UHGV virus genome: UHGV-1375174
Length of the DNA: 63,697 nucleotides
Reading direction: 5' to 3' (one strand)
Source of the DNA: a virus
Of this stretch, positions 9,519 through 19,452 are shown one piece after another. The stretch's first letter is position 1. Each line of letters starts with the position of its first letter. Below the pieces are notes generated by a model. That model searched no databases. It worked only from the letters and a program-made list of their open reading frames with translations, and was not told where the DNA came from. The position numbers and the translations under genes are program-made.

Positions 9519-10088
9519 ATGGCTAACACTCCTGTTTTTACTGACACCGATCTCAACTCTGCTTCTGATATGCAGATTCGGGATATGCTCTTTGAACGTG
9601 GCCTGCACATTCCGTTGACGGAAGACAACAAACTTATTCGTAAGCACGCTGTTCGTCTGTTGATGGATTGGAGACAGGATCACGCTGGTGTTGACTCGAC
9701 TGCACGTAAGTGTCGGGTTATCTTTCATACGTCTTCTAATCCTTCTGCTGGCCCTTATGTGTTTGCTTCTGTAAACAGCAAGAACTTCCAAGCTCCTTAT
9801 GGTAAGGAAGTAATTGTTCCTGAATACATGCTTCGTGAATGCATTGACCGTGCGTACACTACGTCTTATCAGACGCAGCAGGATGAGTTCGGTCGGCAGT
9901 CTACTGTTGAAGTTCACATTCCTACGTATCCCTATACGTTCCTTGGTTATGTTGAGGAACAGGCTGATGGGACGGAAGAAGTGGTTCCCACTCCTGAGCA
10001 GGTTGGTAAGATGGAAGCTGATGCTCTTGACATCCAGCTGACGATGCCTGTGAAGCGTGGCCCCGGTCGTCCGCGTAAGAATAGTTAG
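9519..10088 (+). CDS. Structural-module protein (189 aa) with a C-terminal AT-hook (KRGPGRPRK)
   Basis: ORF downstream of the capsid terminator. The GRP-core AT-hook sits at the extreme C-terminus. Confidence 0.45.
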   Translation: MANTPVFTDTDLNSASDMQIRDMLFERGLHIPLTEDNKLIRKHAVRLLMDWRQDHAGVDSTARKCRVIFHTSSNPSAGPYVFASVNSKNFQAPYGKEVIVPEYMLRECIDRAYTTSYQTQQDEFGRQSTVEVHIPTYPYTFLGYVEEQADGTEEVVPTPEQVGKMEADALDIQLTMPVKRGPGRPRKNS

Positions 10089-10105
10089 TCTAACATTTTG
10101 CTTAC

Positions 10106-10828
10106 TTGAGGGTAATAATGAAAGTCTCTGATATCATAAATAGAGTAACTCTTCTGTATAATGATATGGACTATGTTCGACTCTCAAAGCACCAGTACCT
10201 TGAGTTTCTTGATGATGCTATCAATAAGCTGATCATGATGCGTCCTGACGTATGGGTTAAAACTGATGTAGTGAAGTTGAACCCCGGTATTCGTCAGACT
10301 ATTCCTGATGATGCTTATGCTCTCATTGACATCTATTGTAACGCTACAAAGGAAGAGGATAACACCTTTACGTTCGGTGAACCTGTGTTTCAGGTAGAAC
10401 GTAGAGATCTTGATTATTTCTCTGACTGGAGACGAACTACTCCTTCTGATGTTGTCTACGAATTTGTGTATGATCGTAAGACTCCTCGGCAGTTTCTTGT
10501 TAACCCTCCGGTAGCAAAAGATAAAGATGTTTATGTAGAGATGGCTTACTCTGCACCGTATGTTTCTTTTGCAGAAATGGATGACGATGTTGCTATGCAG
10601 CAAGATCTGCAACTTATGGGCAATTATCGTGGCCCTATTGTAGACTATATGTTGTACCTTGCGTACAGTACTGATAGTATTTCTGCAAACGACAGGCAGA
10701 TTGCACAACAGTGCGTTCAGTCTTTTTATCAGTCTTTGGGTCAGGAGTATAATGCTTCTGTAATCGCTATGCCAAAGATTGATGAGCTACCTACGAATCT
10801 TGGGGAGGCACAGCCAAGCAATGATTGA
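10106..10828 (+). CDS. Hypothetical structural protein (240 aa)
   Basis: ORF in the morphogenesis operon, with GAGGGTAATA ATG. Confidence 0.45.
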   Translation: MRVIMKVSDIINRVTLLYNDMDYVRLSKHQYLEFLDDAINKLIMMRPDVWVKTDVVKLNPGIRQTIPDDAYALIDIYCNATKEEDNTFTFGEPVFQVERRDLDYFSDWRRTTPSDVVYEFVYDRKTPRQFLVNPPVAKDKDVYVEMAYSAPYVSFAEMDDDVAMQQDLQLMGNYRGPIVDYMLYLAYSTDSISANDRQIAQQCVQSFYQSLGQEYNASVIAMPKIDELPTNLGEAQPSND

Positions 10829-11510
10829 TCATTTGAATAACGCTGTTTGGGAAGACTTCTTCAAGTACGTGCGTCCTGATGTGCATGGTTGTCCTGTGGC
10901 TATGGTGAAAGAAGCTCTGCGAAACGCATGTATTGAGTTTTGTGAGAAGTCTCTTATTTGGCAGCAAGAGATTTATTGTGGAGATCTTGTTAAGGATGAA
11001 CCTAAGTATGGTATCAATATCGTAGACAAAGATGCTACGATTGTGATGCCTGTCACTGTTACTATCCGTGACACTGTTGAAGGACAACTTCGTCAGTTTC
11101 AAGTAGAGAAAACAAATAGGCAAGACCTTGACTCGTACTCTCCTGATTGGCGTCTGCGTAAGGATAAGTATCCTAAGTACTTCTATATGGAAAGTCCTAA
11201 TGTGATGCATCTTGTAGGTGTACCTATGGAAGACATTCCAGAAGCTTTGCATATGCTTGCTGCTGTGAAGCCTACGCGAGAAGCTGATGAGATTCCTAAG
11301 TTCCTGTATACGGACTGGGCTGAGACCATTGCTTCCGGTGCACTTGCTTATTTGCACAGTCTGTCCGGTAGAGTTTGGTCTAAGCCTAACCTTGTGAACT
11401 ATTATATTCGCAAGTTCCGTGCGGGTATCTCTCGTGCTAAGTCTAAGGCTTACAAGTCTTGGGTTGCTCAGTCGAAGACGATGCTCCCGCTTAAACATAA
11501 AATTTTCTAA
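10821..11510 (+). CDS. Hypothetical structural protein (about 229 aa; the ORF runs 10779-11510 and the likely start is the ATG at 10821, which overlaps the upstream stop)
   Basis: ATG/TGA overlap with the upstream gene. Confidence 0.4.
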   Translation: MIDHLNNAVWEDFFKYVRPDVHGCPVAMVKEALRNACIEFCEKSLIWQQEIYCGDLVKDEPKYGINIVDKDATIVMPVTVTIRDTVEGQLRQFQVEKTNRQDLDSYSPDWRLRKDKYPKYFYMESPNVMHLVGVPMEDIPEALHMLAAVKPTREADEIPKFLYTDWAETIASGALAYLHSLSGRVWSKPNLVNYYIRKFRAGISRAKSKAYKSWVAQSKTMLPLKHKIF

Positions 11511-11520
11511 AGGAAATAAC

Positions 11521-11958
11521 ATGTCTGGTTTTAGTACTTATCTTGACGACAAGATTCTTGCCCATGTGTTTAACGGTACCGTTTATAACACTCCGGCTAA
11601 GTACTGGGCTCTGTTCACGTCTGCGACTGGTTTGACTGATAACAGCCCTGTTAAGAATGAAGTTACTGGCGAAGGTTATGCTCGTGTCAAAGCTGAGAAC
11701 AACTCTTTTACGACGCCTGCTGCGAGTGTAGTGAAGAATGCGAATGCTATTGAATTCCCGGTTGCTATTTCTAACTGGGGTCGTGTGACGCATGTTGCTA
11801 TCATGGATGCAGCTACTGGCGGTAACGTTCTGGCTTGGGGTGCTATTCGTAATCCTCAGACGCTTGATGAACGTCCGCGTGATGTAGATGCTGGTGACCA
11901 GTTCATCATCCGTGCTCAGACTTCGAGCATTCGTATTACTGACAGCACCACGGTGTAA
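11521..11958 (+). CDS. Hypothetical structural protein (145 aa)
   Basis: AGGAAATAAC ATG. It is the internal start of the ORF 11419-11958. Confidence 0.45.
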   Translation: MSGFSTYLDDKILAHVFNGTVYNTPAKYWALFTSATGLTDNSPVKNEVTGEGYARVKAENNSFTTPAASVVKNANAIEFPVAISNWGRVTHVAIMDAATGGNVLAWGAIRNPQTLDERPRDVDAGDQFIIRAQTSSIRITDSTTV

Positions 11959-11981
11959 AAGTTATTTGAGGTAGGTAGACA

Positions 11982-12719
11982 ATGACACTCATGAATCCTA
12001 TTAACGGGATGCTTGTCAACACTACCTTGATAAACGCAGGCACCCTTCAGCTTGGTGCTGTTAATGCAGATGTTATTGTCGATCTGCTTACACAAGGTAA
12101 TGTCATTACGACAACTGATGTAATTGTTAACGCAGTTGCAGAATTTCTAGCTAGCTCAACTGTTCGTCTTCAGTCTCACGAAGTTCCTATGTGGGCTGAT
12201 GCTTACATGATTAACAGAGATATAGATAAGATTACTCCTATCACAGATGTAGGAACTAACATAGTATCTCGTGTTGTCATGGATGAACTTCCTTTTGATA
12301 TCATTATCAGAGGTGTTCTAATAGAAGCAGTCACAGACATGGAGGCTATGCAAACTGTAGGTAAGATAGGTGTTACTTCCATTGAAGCGATTACGCATAT
12401 GGATGACACTGAAGCTGACATCATACAGCGTGCATGGTTCTGTGAAGCTGGGACGGATATGATTGTTCCTGTGATAATTGGTCAGCTTGGTGCTGTTGAG
12501 ATTGAAGCTATAGCAGAGTCTAAACCTTGGGCTAATGTTATCTCTGAGAATGCGACAGTCATAGAGGCTAATCATGAATGGCCTGTAGTTGATGTCATAA
12601 TCAAGGTCGGAGACGCTATCAAGCTTGACGACTGTAACTGTGACTGCCCTGTGTATGGGCCTAATCTTACTTTCCCTCCAGAAGGATGTGACATAAATGG
12701 CAATTCAATTTGCAAATAA
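11982..12719 (+). CDS. Hypothetical structural protein (245 aa)
   Basis: GAGGTAGGTAGACA ATG. The C-terminus is Cys-containing (CNCDCPVYGP...CDINGNSIC). Confidence 0.45.
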   Translation: MTLMNPINGMLVNTTLINAGTLQLGAVNADVIVDLLTQGNVITTTDVIVNAVAEFLASSTVRLQSHEVPMWADAYMINRDIDKITPITDVGTNIVSRVVMDELPFDIIIRGVLIEAVTDMEAMQTVGKIGVTSIEAITHMDDTEADIIQRAWFCEAGTDMIVPVIIGQLGAVEIEAIAESKPWANVISENATVIEANHEWPVVDVIIKVGDAIKLDDCNCDCPVYGPNLTFPPEGCDINGNSICK

Positions 12720-13479
12720 TGCAGCGACGACACTCTTTAGTTCAGTAATTGTGTCTGATTCGCAGATCGTCGTTTCTCCGGGAGGAGGTGCTTTGTTTCC
12801 AAATGCTGGAAGTAGTAACTATTTCATGGTGACAGTGGTTGATAAAACAACCAGTACTCTTGAGATCATGAAAGTTACTAAGCGTAGTGGTGATACTTTT
12901 ACTGTGGTTCGTGCACAGGAAGGCACTACTGCCAGAGCTTTTCCTTCTGGAAGCCCAGTAGAGCTTCGCCTTACTGCTCAGTCTATTCTTGATGCTATTG
13001 ATGTAAAGATTCCTCGCGGGATCATCACAATGTGGTCTGGTGCTGTTGATGCTGTTCCTTCTGGATGGCATCTTTGTGACGGTACTGCCAATACTCCTGA
13101 CCTGCGTAATCGTTTTATTGTGGGTGCAGGTAATTCTTATGCTCCCGGTAACACAGGTGGTGCTCTTTCGTATACTCCTACAGTTACTGTGAATGTTGCT
13201 GGTACTGGTGTACAAGTTGGTTATCATACTCTTACAGAAGCTGAGATACCTCCACATTCGCACAGGATGCAGAACATACATTATCAAGGTAATCCTGATA
13301 ACTGGGATGAGTGGAATACTGTATTGTCTGGTGGGAATGATTTATGGTCTGGCGCTACTGGTGGGGGTCAGGGGCATAACCACCCTATAACAGACAACGG
13401 ACATGCACATACTGCTTCTGCTTCTGCTGTCGATTCTCGTCCCCCTTACTACGCACTTGCGTTTATCATGAAGCTGTAG
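12697..13479 (+). CDS. Tail fiber protein with a phage tail-collar domain (260 aa)
   Basis: IITMWSGAVDAVPSGWHLCDGTANTPDLRNRFIVGAG matches the tail-collar signature IxxWxG...GWxxCDG...PDLRxRF. Its N-terminal ~100 aa is paralogous to the N-terminus of the next gene. Confidence 0.65.
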   Translation: MAIQFANNAATTLFSSVIVSDSQIVVSPGGGALFPNAGSSNYFMVTVVDKTTSTLEIMKVTKRSGDTFTVVRAQEGTTARAFPSGSPVELRLTAQSILDAIDVKIPRGIITMWSGAVDAVPSGWHLCDGTANTPDLRNRFIVGAGNSYAPGNTGGALSYTPTVTVNVAGTGVQVGYHTLTEAEIPPHSHRMQNIHYQGNPDNWDEWNTVLSGGNDLWSGATGGGQGHNHPITDNGHAHTASASAVDSRPPYYALAFIMKL

Positions 13480-13488
13480 GAGTAACAT

Positions 13489-16400
13489 ATGGCTATTCTA
13501 TTTAAAAACAATGCTGCTTCTACGCTTACCTATAAAATGACAGATGTACAAGAAGTACTGTATGTAGCAGATGCTTCTGTGTTTCCTGTTATTGCATCTG
13601 ACTCAGGTGATGTGTTTAAACTTACTCTTGTTGGTGATGATACCTTAGAGATTGTAGAAGCTTTTGAAGTATATAATCCAGAAGGTAGACAAGGCTTTAA
13701 GATTAGGCGTGCACAGGAAGGCACTACTGCACAAGCATGGCCTGCAGGTACTCGTGTAGAGATGCGTATTACTGCTGGTGCTCTCCAGTCTTTCTTTAGT
13801 ACGATTGCTACTACAGAAGAATTGGGTGTGTCTAAGTTGTCTACGTATCAGCAAGCTATTGAAGGTATAGACAACACGACTAACATGACGCCTCGTCGTA
13901 CAGTTGATGCTATTCACCAGTTCAACACTACAATTGTTGAAACTCCTGTTGTTACTGGTACTACTTCTGTACGTTCTGGTACAACGTATCCTTATACGTT
14001 TACTGCGTCAGTGATGGGTGGCTTTGAAGATCCTATCGTTGCCTTCTATTATGTAGGTAACCAGACTGGTGAAGAGACGTTCATCCGTGTACTTGTAACT
14101 ACGCCTACTACAACGAATGCTACGGCTACTGGTGATGTATCTTTCACTGGTGATGTTGGTGACGTTATTATAGTTACTACGTATGCTGAGACTGCGTCTG
14201 GTAACTTATCTCGGTACGGTACTCTGAATGTTAACATCATTGCTAACAACCCACCGGACATCTCTAAACTTGTCCATGATGTACCTACTACTGCTTCTCG
14301 ATATGCTACTTCTACTGTTCACTTCTCTGGTGTTACTGATGCCGATGGTGATAAAGTTAAGTACAGAATCAAGAATGCTGTAAACTGTTCATTCTCTAAG
14401 ACGAACAACATCGCTGCTAATGAAGCTGTAACTATCACATGGAAGGTGCCTGCTGGTTATCCTGTAGACGCAGAACGTGCAGCTTTTTCAGGTGCTTCTA
14501 CTTTTACTCTTGAAGCATATGACTTCTTGGGTGGTGCTTCGTCTAAGAACTTTAGTACAACTGTTCAGTACAGATGGGCTAATGATACAAAGGTTACAGT
14601 AACTTCTGGTACAAGCCCTCATCTTACGTTTACCTTTGCTGCTCCTCGTCCCGGAGAGCCTTCTTTTATTTGGCCTAATGTGTTTGTGTATGACATCAAC
14701 TATGCTGATGGTACACTGTTTAAGCACGGTTGGTTGACAAAAGATGAAACGTCTAATTGGACTACAGGACGTTCTGTTACAGTAGATGTACCGTGGAATG
14801 AAAACCTTAAGATTCATACATACTGGGCTGATAACGGTGAGTATGACTTAGATACTCTTCGTGTTACTTGTTTGCAAGACGTAGAGTTTTCTACAGTGGT
14901 TGCCTTTACTGCTCCTGTGTGGACATCTAAACAGGATCAAGTAGTTACAGATACTGATAGTTTTCGTATTGCTTGGACGCAGGGTACTTCTAGTCCTGCA
15001 TATACAGTAACTGGACATCATTGTCAAACCTCTACTGATCCTAATTTTAGCACTACAATCAATAGTATAGAAAAAAAGTCAACATCAAATTCTTCTACAT
15101 TGACTGCGTCTGCATGGTTTGAGTTTGGTAATCCTGCTGTAGTTAACTACGTAAGATTACGCAATTACTGGATTGATCCACAGACTAATAAGAAGTACTA
15201 TTCAGCATGGACATCTCCGCTGTTGCAGGTAAACGGTCAGACTGCTTCACTTGATTCAGCTACGATTACTTCTCCTGCCACTAACTCTATACTTGATCCT
15301 TCTATTGTTATTCCAACGACAATTGCTCTTGGTGCAGTAACGGGACAGACTGTAGATAAGATGAAGATAAGTGCCTACTCTGGTATAACTGCTGATCCTT
15401 CTGCACAACAGCCTATATGGACTAGTGGAGAAGTTGCATATAGTTCTTCTTATAATATCCCTGCTAATAGTCTACAGTGGAATAATGTATATAAACTGTT
15501 CGTTGATGTACACGGTACTATAACTGGTTGGGCACGAGATACAGACGGTGTAGTTGTAAGAACTATTATGCACAAGTATACTGGTCAACCCAACCAAACG
15601 TATCCTGTTCAAGGTCAGACTCAAATTCCTGTTGAGTCTGCTCAGACTTATACTTGGACAAATGCTCCTCGTGTTGGTTCTAACGTCCCTTCATATACTC
15701 GTGTAGTTATTTACCGTAAGTCTGATAATGCTGTAGTCTTTTCTAAGGAGACAGGCATAGATGCTACTACATGTGTAATCCCTGCTAATACACTTGCTCA
15801 CAATACTGAGTATCACTGCCGTATTGACAACTGGTTTGTTAAAGGTGGTCAACTTGATGTTGAAGATATGACTAAGTTCACAAGCAAGACGGTTGGTTAT
15901 GTTACTAGTTATCCTGCTGTATGGCAAGCCTACCGTTCATCTACAACTTATAGTGTTCCTTATACTGGAACGTATGATGTTGTTGCGATCGGTGGTGGTG
16001 GCTCTGGCGGTACAGGTTATTCTAGGTTTGACTCTAGCAATCCGCCTATGTTTGTTACCTATGTCAATTCAGGTGCTGGTGGTGGTTCTGGTGGCATATC
16101 AAGATGGCAAGGAACTATTAATGCCGGTACTGCACTTACTTGTACAGTAGGTGCTGGTGGTGCTGCACAAACTGCTAGCTCTATGGCTGGCGTCGCTGGT
16201 GGGAGTACTTCTGTAACAGGTGGCCCTGTAAGTGTATCTGCTGGTGGCGGTGGCGGTGGCGGAAAAGATGGTTATGGTGGTTTAGGTGCAACTGGTGGTG
16301 CCGGTGGTTCTGGTAATTTATATACCGGTGGTGCTGGGGGAAAGACTATTTACTGCGACCCCGGTAGAGCAGGTGAAGGTGTTAACTGTTCTGGCGGTGC

Positions 16401-16641
16401 TGGGTATCCAACAAGTCAGTGTACAGGTAATAGTCAAGTAGGAGATGCTCCCGGTGGTGGTGCTTGCTCGGCATACGGTGGCTACATTGCCGGTGGCGGT
16501 GGTGCCGGTGCACTAGGAAGCTTAATGGAACCTGCGGAGTGGGCTACACCCGGTTGGGCTAATGACTCCTATACGCATCCTGCTAATGCTGGAGCAGGTC
16601 AAGTTGGGTGTGTTCTTATAATCAGTACGTGGGCATTGTAA
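13489..16641 (+). CDS. Large tail fiber or receptor-binding protein (1050 aa) with a Gly-rich C-terminal domain
   Basis: It shares the N-terminal domain (MAI-F-NNAA-TL...RAQEGTTA-A-P-G--VE-R-TA) with the 12697 gene. The C-terminal 250 aa consists of GGxGG and poly-Gly blocks separated by short variable segments. Confidence 0.6.
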   Translation: MAILFKNNAASTLTYKMTDVQEVLYVADASVFPVIASDSGDVFKLTLVGDDTLEIVEAFEVYNPEGRQGFKIRRAQEGTTAQAWPAGTRVEMRITAGALQSFFSTIATTEELGVSKLSTYQQAIEGIDNTTNMTPRRTVDAIHQFNTTIVETPVVTGTTSVRSGTTYPYTFTASVMGGFEDPIVAFYYVGNQTGEETFIRVLVTTPTTTNATATGDVSFTGDVGDVIIVTTYAETASGNLSRYGTLNVNIIANNPPDISKLVHDVPTTASRYATSTVHFSGVTDADGDKVKYRIKNAVNCSFSKTNNIAANEAVTITWKVPAGYPVDAERAAFSGASTFTLEAYDFLGGASSKNFSTTVQYRWANDTKVTVTSGTSPHLTFTFAAPRPGEPSFIWPNVFVYDINYADGTLFKHGWLTKDETSNWTTGRSVTVDVPWNENLKIHTYWADNGEYDLDTLRVTCLQDVEFSTVVAFTAPVWTSKQDQVVTDTDSFRIAWTQGTSSPAYTVTGHHCQTSTDPNFSTTINSIEKKSTSNSSTLTASAWFEFGNPAVVNYVRLRNYWIDPQTNKKYYSAWTSPLLQVNGQTASLDSATITSPATNSILDPSIVIPTTIALGAVTGQTVDKMKISAYSGITADPSAQQPIWTSGEVAYSSSYNIPANSLQWNNVYKLFVDVHGTITGWARDTDGVVVRTIMHKYTGQPNQTYPVQGQTQIPVESAQTYTWTNAPRVGSNVPSYTRVVIYRKSDNAVVFSKETGIDATTCVIPANTLAHNTEYHCRIDNWFVKGGQLDVEDMTKFTSKTVGYVTSYPAVWQAYRSSTTYSVPYTGTYDVVAIGGGGSGGTGYSRFDSSNPPMFVTYVNSGAGGGSGGISRWQGTINAGTALTCTVGAGGAAQTASSMAGVAGGSTSVTGGPVSVSAGGGGGGGKDGYGGLGATGGAGGSGNLYTGGAGGKTIYCDPGRAGEGVNCSGGAGYPTSQCTGNSQVGDAPGGGACSAYGGYIAGGGGAGALGSLMEPAEWATPGWANDSYTHPANAGAGQVGCVLIISTWAL

Positions 16642-17090
16642 TGTATAGATACGCTACTCTTATCGGTGAAGGACAGATTAACAATATCATTGTACGTGAT
16701 ATTCTTGTTCCTGACACCCCTACCTGTGTAAATATAGACGACTCTCCGTGGCTTCAGATTGGTGATATGATTGATACGCCTAAGCCTACACCTGTTACTC
16801 CCAAGACTACTTGGCAGACTAACAAAGAGTTGTTTGATAGTTACATGGATTATTTGGACAAGTTGCAAAATCGTCCTCTGGCTTCTATTATCGTAGCTCA
16901 AAGTAACCAACAAGAACCAGATGCTACTGATATAGAAAAGCTGGCTAAGTATGAGGAACGTAAGAAGTACTTGCGTGAGAAGCGAGATGTGCTGTTGAGT
17001 AATTCAACACAAGATCTTATTGCTTTGATTGATTCTTATACAGAAGCAGACGTGCTTGCAAATCAAAAGCTTGCTAAGACTGTAGCTTAG
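16641..17090 (+). CDS. Hypothetical protein (149 aa)
   Basis: TAATG overlap with the fiber gene stop. The ORF 16608-17090 has this internal start. Confidence 0.4.
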   Translation: MYRYATLIGEGQINNIIVRDILVPDTPTCVNIDDSPWLQIGDMIDTPKPTPVTPKTTWQTNKELFDSYMDYLDKLQNRPLASIIVAQSNQQEPDATDIEKLAKYEERKKYLREKRDVLLSNSTQDLIALIDSYTEADVLANQKLAKTVA

Positions 17091-17098
17091 GAGCTCAT

Positions 17099-19006
17099 AT
17101 GAAACTAACATTCCAACAGTTTAGCGGGATTGCTCCTCGTATAGCTCCACGGCTTTTACCCGCTACTCTTGCACAGGAAGCTCTCGACGTTAAGCTGTGG
17201 AGTGGAGAGCTTCGACCTCAATATGCTGATGAGATTCTTCAGTATATCCCGAGTAATATTCAATCTATCTATAGATATAAGTGGAAGAATAAGACATATA
17301 ACTGGTTGATGTGGCCTTACGAAACACGTGTAGCTAAAGGCCCTGTGTACGATGACGAGAACAATCGTATCTACTTTATGAATCAAGGTGGGTTCTTCGT
17401 AACAGACAGTTCTCTTCTTGAAGACAAAGATTACACGAATGGTCTTGGTGAAAGTGGCACGCTATACTATACTGCTGGTATACCTCGTGCAGGCTATAGT
17501 ATAATGTCTGTTCATGGTTCTGGTTCTGGTGATATTGAGGCTAGGTCTTATATTGTATGTTATGTTAGACAGTGGCCAGATGGAACAATCGACGTAGGTA
17601 AGTCTAGTGAACCTTATGCAACGTCTTGGGATGCTGCTGCAAGACGGACTATAGACGTACGTCCCGGACAGACAGTAAAAATATCCGTGAATAATATTAG
17701 CGACACAGACAGTGCGAAGACAGGTGTGAATAAAGTATATATTTACCGGTCTGAAGTAACTTCTTCAGGACAAGCATTGTACAGCTATGTTGACCAATTT
17801 GACATCAACCCGTCACATGTAACTAATAATCCTAATGCTACGTGGAATACGGGTGGTTGGTATGAGTACCTAGATAAAAAAGCAAACACACAGCTTGGTG
17901 AAGCTTGTCCTTCTCTTTACTGGGATGCTCCAGTAGACGGACTCAAAGGTCTTGTTTCTTTGCAGAATGGTTTGTTTGCAGCGTATAAAGATTCTACTGT
18001 CTATGTATCTGATTGGAATGCTCCCCATGCTTGGCCTTATGAACATACAATAACGATTGACTATCCTATAGTAGGTCTTGGTTCTTTTGGTAATACGATT
18101 GTTGTTTGTACAGAAGCAGCTCCTGTGTTGATTGTTGTACAAGACCCAACAAATCCTACGACTAAAGCTATCCAAGAGAACTGTCCTTGTGTGTCTGCTG
18201 ACTCTATTGTGAATACACGTAATGGTGTTATCTTTGCTAGTCAGAATGGTTTAGTACTAATTAACAGTACGAGTCCTACCTTTATTACAGAGAAGCTCCT
18301 TACTCAGGATGAATGGCTACCTTTGCATCCTGAATCATTGAAGGGTGCTTTTCTAAATAATACTTACTATGGATTCTTTACTAATCCTACAGATACAGCA
18401 GCTGGTTTTATCTTTGACTTAGACAGCTATACATATAGTACAGTATATAACAGTATTGTTTCTTCAGGTATGGTTTATACTACACAACCTGCAAAGGTTG
18501 TCTATAACGATATTGAACAATCACAGTTGTATGTATGTTATCCTCTTGAGAACGGTACACAATATAGCTTGTGTTCCTTTGCTTCAGATTCTCGTATAAA
18601 CAAATCTTTTAGATGGCGTTCAAAAGTTAATGTTAGCCCACAAGGTTTGTTTAATTTGAGCGCGGCCCGTGTCATGATGATATCCCAATCGTCTCAAAAA
18701 GAAAACGAGCATATCTGGGAAGGTAAGCTTACAGGTTCAAGTCTCGCGGCCCGTGTCATGGATGGTGAACCAATCAATGGTTGGTGTAAAACGAACGAGC
18801 TGGAACTAGCGGATGCTACAGTGTTTAACTATTATGTCGATGGCGAACTTAAATATTCACGAGAAGTAAAAGACTCTAAACCTTTCCGTCTTCCTTCTGG
18901 TTTTAGAGGTGAGACTATTGAGGTGGAAGTTAAGTCGAATGCTTACATTCATTCGATTACTCTTGCTTCAAGTATGGGAGAACTCGTAGAAGGAGAAAGC
19001 AAGTAA
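17099..19006 (+). CDS. Tail or baseplate structural protein (635 aa)
   Basis: AGGAGCTCAT ATG. Large ORF in the tail module. It contains an internal 16-nt direct repeat. Confidence 0.5.
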   Translation: MKLTFQQFSGIAPRIAPRLLPATLAQEALDVKLWSGELRPQYADEILQYIPSNIQSIYRYKWKNKTYNWLMWPYETRVAKGPVYDDENNRIYFMNQGGFFVTDSSLLEDKDYTNGLGESGTLYYTAGIPRAGYSIMSVHGSGSGDIEARSYIVCYVRQWPDGTIDVGKSSEPYATSWDAAARRTIDVRPGQTVKISVNNISDTDSAKTGVNKVYIYRSEVTSSGQALYSYVDQFDINPSHVTNNPNATWNTGGWYEYLDKKANTQLGEACPSLYWDAPVDGLKGLVSLQNGLFAAYKDSTVYVSDWNAPHAWPYEHTITIDYPIVGLGSFGNTIVVCTEAAPVLIVVQDPTNPTTKAIQENCPCVSADSIVNTRNGVIFASQNGLVLINSTSPTFITEKLLTQDEWLPLHPESLKGAFLNNTYYGFFTNPTDTAAGFIFDLDSYTYSTVYNSIVSSGMVYTTQPAKVVYNDIEQSQLYVCYPLENGTQYSLCSFASDSRINKSFRWRSKVNVSPQGLFNLSAARVMMISQSSQKENEHIWEGKLTGSSLAARVMDGEPINGWCKTNELELADATVFNYYVDGELKYSREVKDSKPFRLPSGFRGETIEVEVKSNAYIHSITLASSMGELVEGESK

Positions 19007-19452
19007 TGGCTACTGCAAAACAAGTACAGCTTTCTGATGTACCCTACACAGAAGACTGGAATACCTACGAGTATCTTGTGTCTGTCAACGCTGCTCTTGC
19101 CTCTTTGCAAAAGCAGGTTGATGCACTTAGTAATCGTATCGACAAAGAAGGTGTTATCACTGGTGGTGATGATACTAATGGATGGTATGCTAAGTTCCCT
19201 GATGGTAAAGTCTTGCAAGGTAAATTTTTTCCAGCACCCGGTGCGTATGACATAACGTGGACTTTTCCTATTGCTTTTATAGACAGAGAAGCTTATTGTG
19301 TGTCTTGTACTCCCGGTAACTTTTCTTATCCTAGTATGTGTCAATGTATAGAAAGAACAAATAACACGGCTAGGTTTAGAATACATAAAAAAGATGGGTC
19401 TGCAGCAACTGACAGTGCTTATCATGTTATGGCTTTTGGGAGGTGGAAGTAA
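19006..19452 (+). CDS. Hypothetical structural protein (148 aa)
   Basis: TAATG overlap with the upstream gene. Confidence 0.45.
   Translation: MATAKQVQLSDVPYTEDWNTYEYLVSVNAALASLQKQVDALSNRIDKEGVITGGDDTNGWYAKFPDGKVLQGKFFPAPGAYDITWTFPIAFIDREAYCVSCTPGNFSYPSMCQCIERTNNTARFRIHKKDGSAATDSAYHVMAFGRWK

Noticed and set aside
12697-16641. Diversity-generating retroelement targeting the tail fiber
   Set aside because: No reverse-transcriptase ORF and no template or variable repeat pair could be found. The Gly-rich repeats are protein-level low complexity.
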